A DNA stretch of 64,000 nt from the human T2T-CHM13v2.0 reference genome, Homo sapiens: NCBI RefSeq assembly GCF_009914755.1, contig NC_060936.1. One strand, 5' to 3'. Made by a program: the position numbers and the translations under genes. Below the pieces are notes generated by a model. It made no database searches. It was not told the origin of the DNA and worked only from the letters and a program-made list of their open reading frames with translations. Below are positions 31,755 through 45,698 of the stretch, one piece after another; positions within the stretch are counted from its first letter, which is position 1, and the number at the start of each line of letters is the position of its first letter.

Positions 31755-32575
31755 TTATTTTATTTCTAATTGACACATAATACCTGTACATATTTATGGG
31801 GTAGAATGTCATGTTTTGATACATATATTATACATTGTGTAATGATCAAATCAGGATAATGAGCATAGACATCACCTCAAACACTTTTTATTCCTTTGTG
31901 GTAAGAACATTCAAAATTCTCTCTTCTAGCAACTTGGAAGTATACAATACGCTATTGTTGACTATAGTCACCCTACTGTACCCTGGAACACCAGCAGTAT
32001 CCATCCAATGGACCTGTACCTTTGTACCTGTTGACAGCCTGTCCCCATCCCCCTCTCCTCCTTACTCTCCCCAGCCTCTGATAACCACCATTCTACTATC
32101 TACTTCTATGAGATCCATTTTTTTATATTCCACCTATGAGTGAGATCATGCAGTATTTGTCCTTATGTGTGGAGAAAGGGGAATTCTTATACACTGTTGG
32201 TGGAAAAGTAAATTAGTACAGCCATTATGGAAAACAGTATGGAGTTTCCAAGAATTAAAAATAGAAGTACCACGTGATTCAGCAATACCACTGCTGGGTA
32301 TATATACAAAGGAAATGAAATCAGTATGTCAAAGCGATATCTGTACTCTCATATTTATTACAGCACTATTCACAATAGCCAAGATATGGAATCAACCTAA
32401 GTGTTCATCAACAAATGAATGGATTTTTTAAATGTGTTATATACATATGATGGAATACTATTTGGTCATAAAAAACAAAGTCCTGTCGTTTGTGAGAATA
32501 TGGATAAATCTGGAGGACAATGTGTTAAGTGAAACAAGTCAGGCACAGGACAAATATTGCACTGGTTCTTGACTT
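31755..32575 (-). mobile_element. L1MA-like element with inverted 5' segment (minus 31755-32165, plus 32166-32575)
   Basis: Antisense 3' UTR joined to a sense ORF2-end/3' UTR piece (ORF 32165-32431 has HCWW, a C-terminal ORF2 motif). Confidence 0.85.
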
Positions 32576-33140
32576 GTCTCCCTCTGTGTAGTAATTCAGA
32601 GTCTATGGTAAAATGAATAAATGCTTTTTTCCCCCCTAAAAGATCCACTAAGCATCACATGTATACACTCTTGTCATCTCATTCAGGAATATCAAGTTAA
32701 CCTAATCTTTTGCTTTCAGCTTGCTTTTTGGAAGCACTGATTAAATCATTTACACTAGGTATAAAATAAAAATTTACATAAAAACATTGAAATATGTAAT
32801 TTGTCAATGAAATATCGAGTAGTGGCATTTAAAGCACTCTGTTTGCTGCTGGATTTGGTAAAGGTGAATAGGATACTGAGTCTGCCTTCTAGAAGCTTGT
32901 AATCAGTGGGGCTGACAAACTCAGACAAGAACAATTCAATGTGTGCTAAGGAGGTTTGCACAGAGGAAAGAGAATTAACCCTGCCTGGGATGGAAGGAAG
33001 GGTGAGTCAGGGAAGTTGATACTTAAGAGGTGACTTCTGAGTTTGAGTTGATTCTGGGAAGTTGAGTAAGTGTGAGTCAGAAGGATTAGATGAGAGAAGA
33101 AGATAAAGAGGAAACTCAAGAAGCTATAATAGAAAAGATA

Positions 33141-33447
33141 GGCCGGGCACGGTGGCCCACACCTGTAATCCCAACTCTTTGGGAGGCGGAGGCAGATGGA
33201 TCACTTGAAGTCAGGAGTTTGAGACCAGCCCGGGCAACATGGTGAAACACCACCTCTACTAAAAATACAAAAATTAGCCAGGCCTGGTGGTGCCTGCCTA
33301 TAGCCCCAGTTACTTGGGAGGCTGAGGAAGGAGGATTGCTTGAGCCCTTGAAGCAGAGGTTGTAGTGAGCTAAGAGCATGCCACTGCACTCCACCAGCCT
33401 GGGTGATGTGAGTGAAACCCTGTCTCAATAAATAAATAAATAAATAC
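33141..33447 (+). mobile_element. Alu (S/J)
   Basis: Dimer with (TAAA)n tail, TSD aaagata. Confidence 0.93.
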
Positions 33448-33489
33448 AAAGATAGACATGTGTTTATATAATATTAAAAACTCATATCA

Positions 33490-33810
33490 TGCCAGGCACA
33501 GTGGCTCACACCTGTAACCCCAGCTTTGGGAGGCTGAGGTGGGACGATCACTTGAGTCCAGGAATTCCACACCAGCCTGGGCAACATAGCAAGACCCCGT
33601 GTCTAGAAAAAGCTTAAAAATTAGCTAGGCTTGGTGGCGTGTGCCTGCGGTCCCAGCTACTCAGGAGGCTGAGATGGGAGGATCACTTGAGCCCAGGAGG
33701 TAGAGGTGTAGTGAGCTGAGATTGAGCCACTGCACTCCAGCCTGAGTGACAGAGGGAGACCCTCTCTCAGAACAAAGCAAAACAAACAAAACTCACAAAA
33801 CCCCAAAAAC
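33490..33810 (+). mobile_element. AluJ-like
   Basis: Dimer, TSD ctcatatcat. Confidence 0.93.
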
Positions 33811-33934
33811 CTCATATCATACAAGAAGTTTTGGACAGAACAGGTACAAGGTACAATATTGTTGATACTAGAATTTACTTACCTGGAAAAAATATTTTAA
33901 TTCAAATAATGCTGAAAAATTAGTATCAACATCA

Positions 33935-34277
<343 letters not shown>

Positions 34278-35779
34278 GTACATATAATATGATCTCATCT
34301 TTGTAAAAAAAAAGAATGGCATGCACCTGTATAAAATGTATGTGTGAAAATGCATTTGTGTGTTTACATATTTATTTAAATAGCATTAGATGAGCATTGG
34401 TAAAACTATGGAAGAAACAGTCATGTAAACAACATGGTTTCCTTTGGAGAGTGGCTCATGTGAGAAGAAGGGGAAGAAAGAAGAAAGGGTGAGCTAAGAA
34501 AAAAAGGGAAAAATATAGCTTAAAAGGTGTGATTACATCTATGCATGTATACATATGCATACATGTGTACAATATAGGTATATGTATATACAGAGTGTTG
34601 GGGGGGGAGAGAAAAAAGACAGAATGGTTTATAAGAAAAGAAAATGACATACAAACTGAGGGGCATTCGGGGCAGATTGGATACCTTGTGTGAAACCACC
34701 AGCACATTTAAAAGATTGCAGAGAGTCACTGCATAGGGTGTGGGTGAGACCTGCCTTTTCACTTCTTCAGTATCTGATAGTCCTATCAGCTATCACTGAT
34801 AAATGTAGGTGGGGTGGGTGATTTTTCCTTTTAAGCCGGCTGATGTTTCTTTCTTACAGGAATTTATAACCCATATCTTGGCCTTGTCATTGGCAAAGAG
34901 GAAGATTTCTTTCCAAAGAGGAAGATGTTAATCTTCAGGCCTAGATTTTCTGGTTCATTATATCATATGACATCAATAGCAAGGGAATCAGAGAGCACAG
35001 GCCTCTGGATCACCATCTGAACCAGCAGGATGGAGCACTGGTACACATCTGGCCTTGCCTCAGACCCACTGGAATCAGCTCACCTTACCTCTTCACTCTC
35101 AAGAGTCCCATTTGCAAAAGAGAGCTTACACTGTGTGCCTTGGAGGAATGGCAAGCAAGCACATGACAAATTCTCATAAACAACCTTGATATAAACATGC
35201 CAGCTACAGAAGGCATGGTTCTGTTCCCTGCTGCCCTTAAGCTTCCAAGTAAAAGTATTTCTTTTGTCTACTCGAATAATGGAAATACTTTTCATAGGTG
35301 TATACATATGTTTACTAAATCAATTCTATGTATTGTCTTCTGCATGTCATACCTGCTGCTGTCACAGTTATAATTAAGTGTTACTGCAATTCAAATGTAG
35401 AGTAACCACTGTCAGCCTGAAAACTGGGCTGAGAGGTAGGGAAAGGGATTGAGCCACTCTGAGCCACACTGATTTCATAGGTTTTAAGCATGGGTGAGAG
35501 AACCAAAAACCATAGCCAGATGAAGGCAGAAGAGAAATGGTGTTAAATAGATAAAATTGGACAAAGAAGAAAAGGGAATAGGGATTAGGAAGGAAAGATA
35601 TGGACAAAGGTAGGAAGATAATCCAGGAGCCACTACAATAACTGAAAGGGACCCTTTCCAGTCATGTCTGTCTATTTTGCTGTGAATGAAAAATAAAGGG
35701 CCTGTGAGGCAAGATCTCAGCCAGGATCACAGAGGGAGTCAGGAGCCCACGGGTGTAATGCTGTTGAGCTTGATCCCTA

Positions 35780-35970
35780 AGCCAAGCTGCGCTTTCGGCT
35801 TTGCCATGTACTAGTTGTAAATTATTTAACTTCTTGTGCCTCTATTACTTCATCTGTATAATGGAGATAAAAATGTCAACAATAATATCTACAAGAGCAG
35901 GCTATTACAAAGATAAAGTGAATAAATTGGCATAAAGTGTTTATGACACTGCTAGCACAGAGTAGGTACT
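35780..35970 (+). mobile_element. MIR SINE
   Basis: ttatttaacttcttgtgcctctattacttcatctgtataatggagataa. Confidence 0.7.
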
Positions 35971-37247
35971 GTATATGTGCTAGTCCCTATTATTTCCTGT
36001 TTTCAGAAGGTAGAAGTAAGCACTTTCTACTAGGATCTGTGAATCCTTTTCCCTGAAGGCAGACAAAATATTTAAATATTTGGAACAAAGAGAATTAAAA
36101 AAAGAAACATGCAATGTTTGCAGAATTCTTGTGAGAAGTTCCTTCTCAACCAAAAAGTTTGCTTGCATGTTGTTTAATGTTTTCATTAGAAAACAGTGTC
36201 TTAAATGAGGAAGGACAATTGGTATTGAGTCTGTAATAAAAGAGGAAAGGGACTGTGACTAGAGGCCGCCTTGGTCTACCATTTCTGACCAAGGCGAGGT
36301 AACCAAAGGGCCCAGAAACTGTCACCCCACTGAGCTTGGCTGTGATTTGTGGACAAAACCCTCTTTATCCTTCTTTTTGTCCAAACTGAACTGAGTCAGT
36401 TCAGAAATCCTGGACTTCTCAGATGTTCAGCGTTATGTCACTTTGGCAGAGAGCAGAGGGGATGTCTGAATGCTGCTTAGCTCTGTCTTAAGTAGGAAAT
36501 AAAGGGACAAGGAAAACCCTTTGACTGGGTTCTCTCTTCTTATCTGAAACTTGTGTCTCCTGCAACCTAAGTTTTCTACCTTCTTGTGATTTAAGTAACC
36601 AAAGTGAGGCCTAGATGGCACAAGGGAATGATTTCCAAAGTTTGGCCAACCTAAAACAGGGCCCAACTCAGAAAGGTAGAATTGAACATTAAAACATCTT
36701 TCTGGAGTTAATTAGGCATGGTGTATCACATGCCTTTAAAATATTTATACTCTTTCATACAGCAATTCTAAGTATTTATCCTAAAAAAAAACAGTAGATG
36801 TGCACAAATATTTTACTATTCAAGGATGTTCATTACAGTTTTGTTTTTAATAGTAAAAAATTGGAAACAATCTACATTTCCAAAAATAATCCTAATTAAA
36901 TTAAGTATGATTCATGCATTTTGTAGACTCTTATGAAGAGGCTAAACAATCAACTATAGAAGAAGGTTTATTAATGTAGGAAAATGTTCACAATTCATTG
37001 GCAAATAAATTTTGCAGAAAACCTCAGTGATAGGTAGAAGAATCGAAGGATAACTAAACCCTCCTCGATCCGTACATTTTATCCTATAGAAAGAGGGACT
37101 ATTTACAATGAAAATAAAATAAAGCTATTTATTAGATGTAGTGGAGTGGACAGGAAAAGGAAAGAAGAAATTGGTGTATACCAAATATTCCTGTTCTCCC
37201 AGCTGTCCCCAACTTGGCGTTCTCACAATTCAAGCATTCTCCCGTAG

Positions 37248-37706
37248 GGCTATGGACTGATGTTCCTGTCCCCCCACAATTCATGTGTTAAAGCCATAAC
37301 CGCCAATACAATGGTATTTGGAGACAGGGTCTTTAGGAAGTACTTAAGTTTAGATGAGATCATGACGGTGGGGTCCTTCTGATGGGATTAGTGCCTTTAT
37401 GAGGAGAGGGAAAGAGAGAGATCTCTCTCCAAGCAAAGGCCATGTGAGAGCCCAGTGAGAAGGCGGCCGACCGCAGGCCCAGAAGAGAGCCCTTACTAGG
37501 ACTCAATCACGTGGGTGACCTCATCTCAGACTTGCAGCTTCTACCCATTACCCAGCTACAAAGCCACTTTACATGTTTAGGTATTTATTATAGCAGCACC
37601 CCTCTTCATGGTACCAAAATCTATTTGTCAGCTTGGGCTGCCATAAGACAATACCACAGAGTGGGTAGCATAAACAAGAAAAATTTATTTCCTCATGGTT
37701 CTGGAG
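37248..37706 (+). mobile_element. MLT1A-like MaLR LTR plus start of internal region; 37542-37706 is inverted
   Basis: Sense LTR to gacttgcagcttc; its continuation (ctccagaaccatgaggaaataaattt...gattttggtacc) lies on the minus strand. Confidence 0.8.
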
Positions 37707-38862
37707 ATGGGTGGATATACCCAAGATGGATATGGCTGGTGTGGACATGATGTAAGTCCCTCTCATAGACTACCCTGGGCTCCATGTGCCAAGGCTGCCC
37801 CAGGAGGGAAGCCAAAGGAGCAGAAGCATGTGGTGCAGGAATCCTGCCTTGACCAGAGCTCAGCCATGTCACGTCCCCCAGTCCCCTGCACACTTGTTAT
37901 CCCGTGCTCCTGTCCATCTGCAGTGACTAAGGGCCCAGAAAGATACATACGTGTTAATGGTGGTTATCTCTGGGTGGTAGAATTATGAATAATTTTTATA
38001 TTTTAATATTTCATGTAGCAAGCACAAATTACTCTTGTAGTTGGAGTGGGAGAGTCCATTAATTTAAATGTATGTCATGGATAGGCAGATCTTAGAGCAG
38101 GATAAGTGTCCAAAGAAAACAAATCATCCTGATTTTGCTCCTAACCTGTTGTGTGACCTTGGGCAAGTTGTTTCAGCTTCTGAGCTTCCATTCTTCTCAT
38201 CTGTAAAATAAGCCAAATGACTGATAAAGTTCCTTCTAGCTTTGGCAGTCTGTGATTCAACAGATTTGCTTTTTAAGGGTGAAGAACAGGAGGGTAGCTT
38301 AAGAAGGTCACAGACTCTAAGGTATGCGTGTGAAAAAAATCTTTAAAGCTGATCAAGCGCAAAGCTAGTTGCAGTGTGTGAAATTTCTGTTTTAATTTTT
38401 CCTTTGAATTAGAACAAAAATCACATTAACATGAAACATCGTATCTGTTATGTGGGAGATGGGAATGACATGATCATTAGCTCTCCACCTAACAGGTATC
38501 TGTGAGTATTCATTCAGAAACCCCTGCGAAGGTGGTAATTAGATTAAAGGAGATTTTAGATTCATCTGAACACTTCTGGAAAATGACTCACTCATCTATT
38601 TGGTGAACATTTACAAAGCACATACCTCTGATTTGTCCTCAGGTATAAAGGTGCCTCATGCTATTCTCTGTCCTCAGAATCACCACAATGTTGTCCTATA
38701 TTTTTGACTAGTTTTCCTTTTTAAAAGAACCTTGACAAATTGTTTTCAGATAAACATGACATCTTAATATAAAGACTCTCAAGCATTGGGTTGATGACAT
38801 AGCGTGTTTATATTGGCAAAAACAATACTGAGCTTCACGGAAATGTTAAATGTTAAAATTCC

Positions 38863-38999
38863 TTTTTTACTTTTTATTTTTTGGAGAGAAGCCTTGCTAT
38901 GTTGCCCAGGTTGGCCTCAAACTCCTGACCTCAAGTGATCCTCCCATTTCAACCTCCTAAGTAGCTGAAACTACAGGTGTGTGCCACCATGCCCAGCTA
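38863..38999 (-). mobile_element. Alu monomer (FLAM-like)
   Basis: Single antisense arm. Confidence 0.8.
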
Positions 39000-40639
39000 A
39001 AATATCTTATACTAAGTTAAAAAAAAAATATATATATATATATATATAACCATTCTGAAATTATGACAATAGAGAATTCATTTACCTATGCTATCAATTT
39101 TCTATAAATTTTTAATGATTTTTTCTTTTTTAGCATTTCTAAATTTATTTTACACTGTTGTAACATTGACTGAAAGTTGAAAAATCACTCACTGTTCCAT
39201 CACTTCAACCAATAATTTGTTTTCACTTTTCTATAGTACGTTCCAGGCTCTCTCTGTTTATTTACGCGTGTAATTTTTATGTAGCTGTGTCTCAGAGCTG
39301 ACGCATGTTTTGGGCCCCTGCTTCTTTAAATAGTGTCACATTACACCTGGGAGTGGTACTCAGGGCATGTGCTCCGGGTATTATACTTGGGAGTTGTCCC
39401 TGCTGTTGCCTCATAATCTTTGTAAATGACCATTTATAATAATTATGCAATATTCTACCAAGCTGATATATATATATGTGTGATTTTCTTTTTTAAAAAA
39501 CTAATTTACAAAGTTGTCCCAGGACAGCCCAATCCTTCGTTGCTTACTTTATGTAATTTACAGGCTCCAGAAAGAAACAAAACCCGCATCTGCCACAAAA
39601 ATTCACCCAACTGCCATTGGATCTTTGGGCAAAGCCTTCCTTGCCTTCTCTTTGGGATAAAGATGGCTTTGGGAAAGTGAATACTTTTAATCCCTAACAT
39701 CTATATTGCTAATTGGTTTTATCGGCTGACTCCTCTCTCCGCATAGGAAGATTAGGGAAGAGGGGAATGCTGGGTGGGGGTGGGATGGGAAGAAATGAAG
39801 CAGAAAGAGATGGACAGGTGACATAAGCACCAAAGATAAATGCCTGCTTCAAAATGTTTCCTAGGGTTACTTCTGAGCACTGTTCCCTTGAAGACTTTAG
39901 GGGCATCTGTTATCATTGTCTGCATTTTCAGATGGAAAATAGAAGTCACTGAGGCTAAGTGACCAATCAAAGGTCAAATGACAGTGAGTGGTGGAGCCAG
40001 CGTGAGGATTCCTGTCTGTTGGCTTTTTGTATTGGAGTGTTTTCTCTCATCAGCGCCTCTGCAGCCACTCATCAGCACCACTTTGACTCTCACAGTTGGG
40101 TGAGCTCCATAAAGCAGGCCAGGAAAACCTCCCAAGGGTCAGGTCACCGGCAGTTTATGGGACAATGCTCTGCTGCTGCTCCCAGTCACTACCCTTCACA
40201 CTAAAACAGAAAACCAGGCTACTCCAGAGTTACAGGGTATCTATCCCCTTCCTTTTGGGGATAAACTCATCCTCCTCCTATGCCCATCCCCAAGCCCAGC
40301 CAGTAGAAAATAATGGAATAGTGTGTGACCTTTATGGGCCCCTCTGAGGTAGGAAAATGTATGTGGCAAGGTAGTCAGTCTAGTGTGAAGCACAGGGGCT
40401 GTGGAATCAGCTCAGTGGGTTTGATGCCGGGTTCCAGCCCCACGGCTGCTGCTAGCCCATTTAGTGCCTTTGTTCATGTTAGAGGAAGGTGTCCCCTCTA
40501 GTGGGTGCAGCCCTGCCAGCATGTGGCTGGGCAAGTGAAACACAGGCTGGATTTTGGCCTCTATTTATTCCTTTGGCTGCCAGTGCCTTTGGGGCAGTGA
40601 GTGACTTACGCAACTCTATGTAAGTGCCCTATCCAGACT

Positions 40640-40830
40640 TTACTATTGGTCAACCTGAGCAGGTTGCTTGACCTTTCTGAGCCTTGGTTTCCCCATCTGT
40701 AAAACAGACAAAATAACAGTACCTACTTCGAGGGTTGGCAGGAGGTTAAATGAGATCGTGAGTGTAAAATGCAAGGACGGTGCCCTGTGAATAGTAAGCC
40801 AGTGTTCTATAAAATGGCAGCTGTTATTAC
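40640..40830 (+). mobile_element. MIR SINE
   Basis: gacctttctgagccttggtttccccatctgtaaaa...acagtacctac. Confidence 0.78.
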
Positions 40831-41879
40831 TAGCTGTTACAGTTATGGCTTGGCTTTATAAAACAAGTAAAGCCTATACTTTTTAATACTCTGTTGAGGA
40901 GCTTGATTTGCCTAGACACGCATTTTGTAAATGGTGGGCAATTATGAAAAAGAGAAGCAAGATTCATAATAGATTATTTGTTACATTTTAATACAAATGT
41001 CATTATGATTCTTTTTGGTTGCACCATCTGAAGTAGGCATATCTGATATGGAATTTCTAATTACATGTTTTGTGCAAGAGAGAATCATTTATAAGTTCAC
41101 ACCCTGACACACCCATGCCCCTGGAGAAAACTTCAAATTTTGTGCGATGTCTTGGGCATTGGGACAGACAACTTCATTCAAGTTATTATTTGGTAAATTC
41201 TTGTTCTGTTTCCTGAGTAGTAGGATGAGGGATACAAATGAATAATTCAGAAGCAAACACTGAGGAATGTCTGATTTGCATAGGCTCGTAAATGAGCCTC
41301 CTAAACTGGGTTTTAAAAGAAAAAAAAAAAGTGCTCTCGGATAGTTCTCAGGCCAAGTGAGGTCCCACCGTGTTTGGTCGGCAGCTCTGCTGTCCACCCC
41401 ACCAGGACCCGATATACTGTATTCTATTATTTAATTATCCTGGTTGGAAGGGGACATATATAATTTAGCCCTGGGAGCTTTAAAAAAATTCTTGACAATT
41501 AATAAATAGAATAGTCTTTTGTGTGATTTTAAAGTCACCGGAGGGCAGACATAAATTGTCAACTTACCTAAAAGAGAAACACTTGCCTTTTCTAGAGAGG
41601 CTCACATTGTCTTCCAGGGAGTGCATCATCCATAATTTAGCATAACTGCCTTGAAAATAAGTCTATAATCCTTAAATAACTCCGTGGGTCTCTTGCCTGG
41701 AGTCTTCCTTTCAACTTCTTTCATAGAAGAATTTATAATCAAATAATAACACTGATTTTAAAACAAGCAACCATACACACATCACTCAAGAACTTACTTA
41801 AGGTTTTGGGGGAGCCATTTCATTCACCAATCAAAATGAAGCAGCAACAACAGCAAAAGTCATCATGGTAAAACTTTAA

Positions 41880-42110
41880 CTGAGGAGAGCACCTAAGGAC
41901 TCGGTGACTCAGTGTTAAATGGATGGGAAGTCAGGTCATTTCCAATTATTGTGGCCTTTTACTTCCTGTTTCTCAGGATCAAATGAGAAAGGAGTGAGTC
42001 AGGAGGTGGGCATGATAACCCTGTATATCTCTGTGGCAGGGTGCCCTATTGTGCCTCAATGCCATTCAGACAGGAGCTGTTTATAGATGGTGACTCCTTC
42101 AGGTAACTGC
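41880..42110. promoter_or_regulatory. Candidate enhancer (AP-1 x2, ETS, GATA motifs)
   Basis: TGACTCA 41905, ACTTCCTG 41961, TGAGTCA 41995, TGATAA 42013 in apparently unique DNA; motif evidence only. Confidence 0.45.
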
Positions 42111-42600
42111 TTGCAGAAGTGAATGCTTGGGAGAGTTCGGTTTTTGAGCAGAAGAAGAGAAGAATTTTGTGTCTGGCCTGGGAGAGAGATGGTGGAGGGC
42201 GGATAAAGAAAATAGAAGGGGAAGGCATAAAGTCCCATCTATTTTGCTCCCCCTCCCCACCCCCCAACACTCATACAGGTTCACACTGGCTGGAGGGGTT
42301 TCTCCAGAGCCCAAACCAAAGCACCTAGTTTGCAAGCTTGCAGCTTTGGGAATCTAGACGACATGCGCAGCATTGGGTGGTGATAGGGCCAGTCTTCCCA
42401 CCTCTACCTTGCTTCCAAAGGCAAGGCGGCTTTTGTATTTAGACTCAGGGCAGCCACAAGCATTCCTTCTTAAGTAGCCCATCATTATAATTCAGCACGA
42501 ATGTCAGTGTGACTTGTTGCCACTCACAGGCTGAGTCTGGTGAGGTCTGGGCTATTTTGGTTTTAGAAATAATTTATAAATCATTTAGAAATATTTATAA

Positions 42601-42974
<374 letters not shown>

Positions 42975-44090
42975 GGTTATAAGTCTCAGGGTGACAGAGG
43001 TGGTGTGGGCTGAGCTGGGGCAGGGACTCAGGTCCTCCAGGAGACCTGCACGTAACAGGTGACCAGTGCACCCTAAAGCCACCTGATGAGCACCGCCTCG
43101 TGCCACAAGAACACTTTCTAGCCAGTGTTTTACATATTTCTTGGATCTCTGGGAATTGCCAGTAGACAGAGTATGATGCTGCGTATTGGTGATTATGAAT
43201 GCTGTTGGCCATGGGTGTTAGATGTCATCATGTGCCAGGCCCCTGAAGAACACAATCTGTTCACATAGTTCCTCTAAAACTTCGTTTTCAAAACAGGTCT
43301 CATCTTTCCTTACTTCTGCCAGCGTTCTCATTCTTGATTTTACATTTGGAGAACAGAGAATCTAGACAAAATTAAGAAGAAATTGAACATTGAAAAAAAA
43401 TCAATAAAATAAAATCCTGAACCCAAGAATGATCAAATTTTACTTTAAAATTTAACTCAAAAGGGATAGTTGTTCTGGCCTTCAGACATGCTTTGTAAGA
43501 AAAAAAAAGGATGGTTGTTTATGCCGTGATGGGCTAATTGAATAGGTAAACATGTGAGGAATCCTTATTTTATTTCTTACGCTAAAATGAGAATCCCTGT
43601 AAATTGGAATGTAGTCTTATCTTATCGAAAGGTTTCACTGTTCAGCTCTGCTTACCCATCAGAATCACATGGGAAATGGCAAATCACAGAGGCCCAAGCT
43701 CAACCCTATTCCTACCGAATAGAATCTCTGGAGGTGAAGCTCTGTTTTAAAATTTTCCCAACTGGTTCTGATGCGTACCAGAGTTAAGAATCAACCAGCA
43801 CACTGAACTCGCAATTTTAGCAAAAACCCAAGGAACCCAGGGGCCTATGCAGAAAGCAGGAAATGCCCTCTAGTGGCCAAAAGACGCCATCATCCATTCT
43901 CCATGCTCTTGGGCCCTGGGACCCATGGCAGAGTTAGAGAGGTGGCAACAAAAGTTCCAGTTGTAAACTACAGTATAATCCACTGATTCCACCAATATGC
44001 CCCTAAAAGTTAAACTGTAAGACCCATGAGGGCAGGACTCACTTGTTCTTGTCTTGCCCATGAGGGTGCCTGGCATAATGTCTGACCCAT

Positions 44091-44618
44091 TGTGATGGAA
44101 ATCCTAGAATTAAGGCTCAATTTTATGTGTTGCCTATTAAGCCTCAATTTTACATGTTGCCTTGACATATATGGTAAAATCAGGAGGGTATCAAATGGCC
44201 TAACTGCAAGTTTCTTCTCGCCTGTTCTGCTCCCATGAACAAGGTCCCCTAGCCAAATAGCCCTCCTTATCAAATGAACCAGACAGAGTTCCTGTTTATC
44301 CCGTACTAGTGGGTTCTCTGCCTGCTTAGGGAATTATTCAAACAAGTCAATCACTTCCTCCCACAGGAACTAGGCCACCTCACCCCCTTGATACTACAAA
44401 TCCTGCCTCCATGGCACTTGGCTCTTCACTCTGGCCCTGAGTGCAACCCTGTGTGGCTCTGCATGGCATGGGGTATCTTCCTCCCCCGGGCTGTGACTTC
44501 ATGTGACTAACAAACTACTATCAATCTCAACTGTCTAGTAGTGAGCTGTTGTGTGTTCAGCTATCCCCATGATCCTGGAGTGAAAATTGCTCTCACCAAA
44601 GAGGAGGCAATCAAAACA
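44091..44618 (+). mobile_element. ERVL solo LTR (MER54/MER74-like) inserted in an L2 3' end
   Basis: TG...CA termini, 5-bp TSD cccat/tccat, L2 tail resumes after it. Confidence 0.7.
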
Positions 44619-45064
44619 TCCATAGCAAGTGTTTTGTAAATATTTGTTAAATGAATGAATGGGACCAAAGGGCTGTTGACAAGTTTAAATACCTTTATTT
44701 TATTGATTTATTGTCAATTTTCATAAACTTTCAAAGTGATCTTAGGCACAAATGAACAATTCAATGAATATATTCATAGAACGTTAAGGCTGGAAGATAT
44801 CTTAGAAATCTTCAGGATTAACCTTCTTGTTTTATTTCTAAGACAACTATTGCTCAGACAAGATCATGAATTCCTCAAGGACAGTGTCTATATTTTATTT
44901 ATTTTTGTATTCCCTTGGCTCATCACAGAACTGGTGTACAGTACATATTTGATAAATGAATAAACAAGGATTAAGTGAATTTCCCAGGAGTACATGGTAG
45001 GCAATGACACCAACAAGGATTTAATTCCAGAATTAAACAGATATTTGTCAAATGTCTTCTGTGA

Positions 45065-45378
45065 GCCAGGTGCAGTGACTCACACCTGTAATGCCAACAC
45101 TTTGGGAGGCTGAGGCAGCAGGACTGTTAAGCTCAGAAGTTTGAGACCAGCCTGGGCAATATAGTGAGATCCTGTCTCTACAAAAAAAAAAAATTTTTTT
45201 TTAATTAGTTGGGCATGGTGATGCATTCCTCTAGTCCCAGCCCCCAGCCACTGGGGAGGCTGAAGCAAGAGGATTGCTTGAGCCTGGGAGTATGAGGTTG
45301 TGGTGAGCTAGGATCACACCAGTGCACTCCAGCCTGGGTGACAGAGTGAGATCCTGTCTGAAAAAAAAAAAAAAAAAA
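45065..45378 (+). mobile_element. AluJ-like
   Basis: Dimer, TSD tcttctgtgag. Confidence 0.93.
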
Positions 45379-45502
45379 TCTTCTGTGAGATACAGTATCT
45401 TGCTAGGTACTCTCTGAGAATGTAACTAGGACTCCAGGCAGGGGCTACAAAAATGAGAAAGACACAGTCCTTACCCTCAAAGAACAGACACTCTGCAGCT
45501 GT

Positions 45503-45698
45503 GCTGTCCAATACTGTAGCTTCTAGTGACATGAGGCTATTTAAAACAAAATTAATTAGAATTAAAAATCCAGTTCCTCAGTTAAATTAGTCACATTTCA
45601 AGTATTCAATGGCTAAATGGTGGCTGGTGGCTACCATATTGAACAACAGAGCTATAGAATATTTTGATTGCTGTGGAAAGTTGTATGGGATAGCATTG
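45503..45698 (-). mobile_element. hAT-Charlie MITE (MER3-like)
   Basis: gctgtccaatactgtagc...tggtggctaccatattgaaca. Confidence 0.7.

Noticed and set aside
41331-41400. A-run followed by gtgctc...ggcagc, reminiscent of a U6 snRNA pseudogene start
   Set aside because: Sequence does not follow U6 (gtgctcgcttcggcagcacatatac) beyond 6 nt
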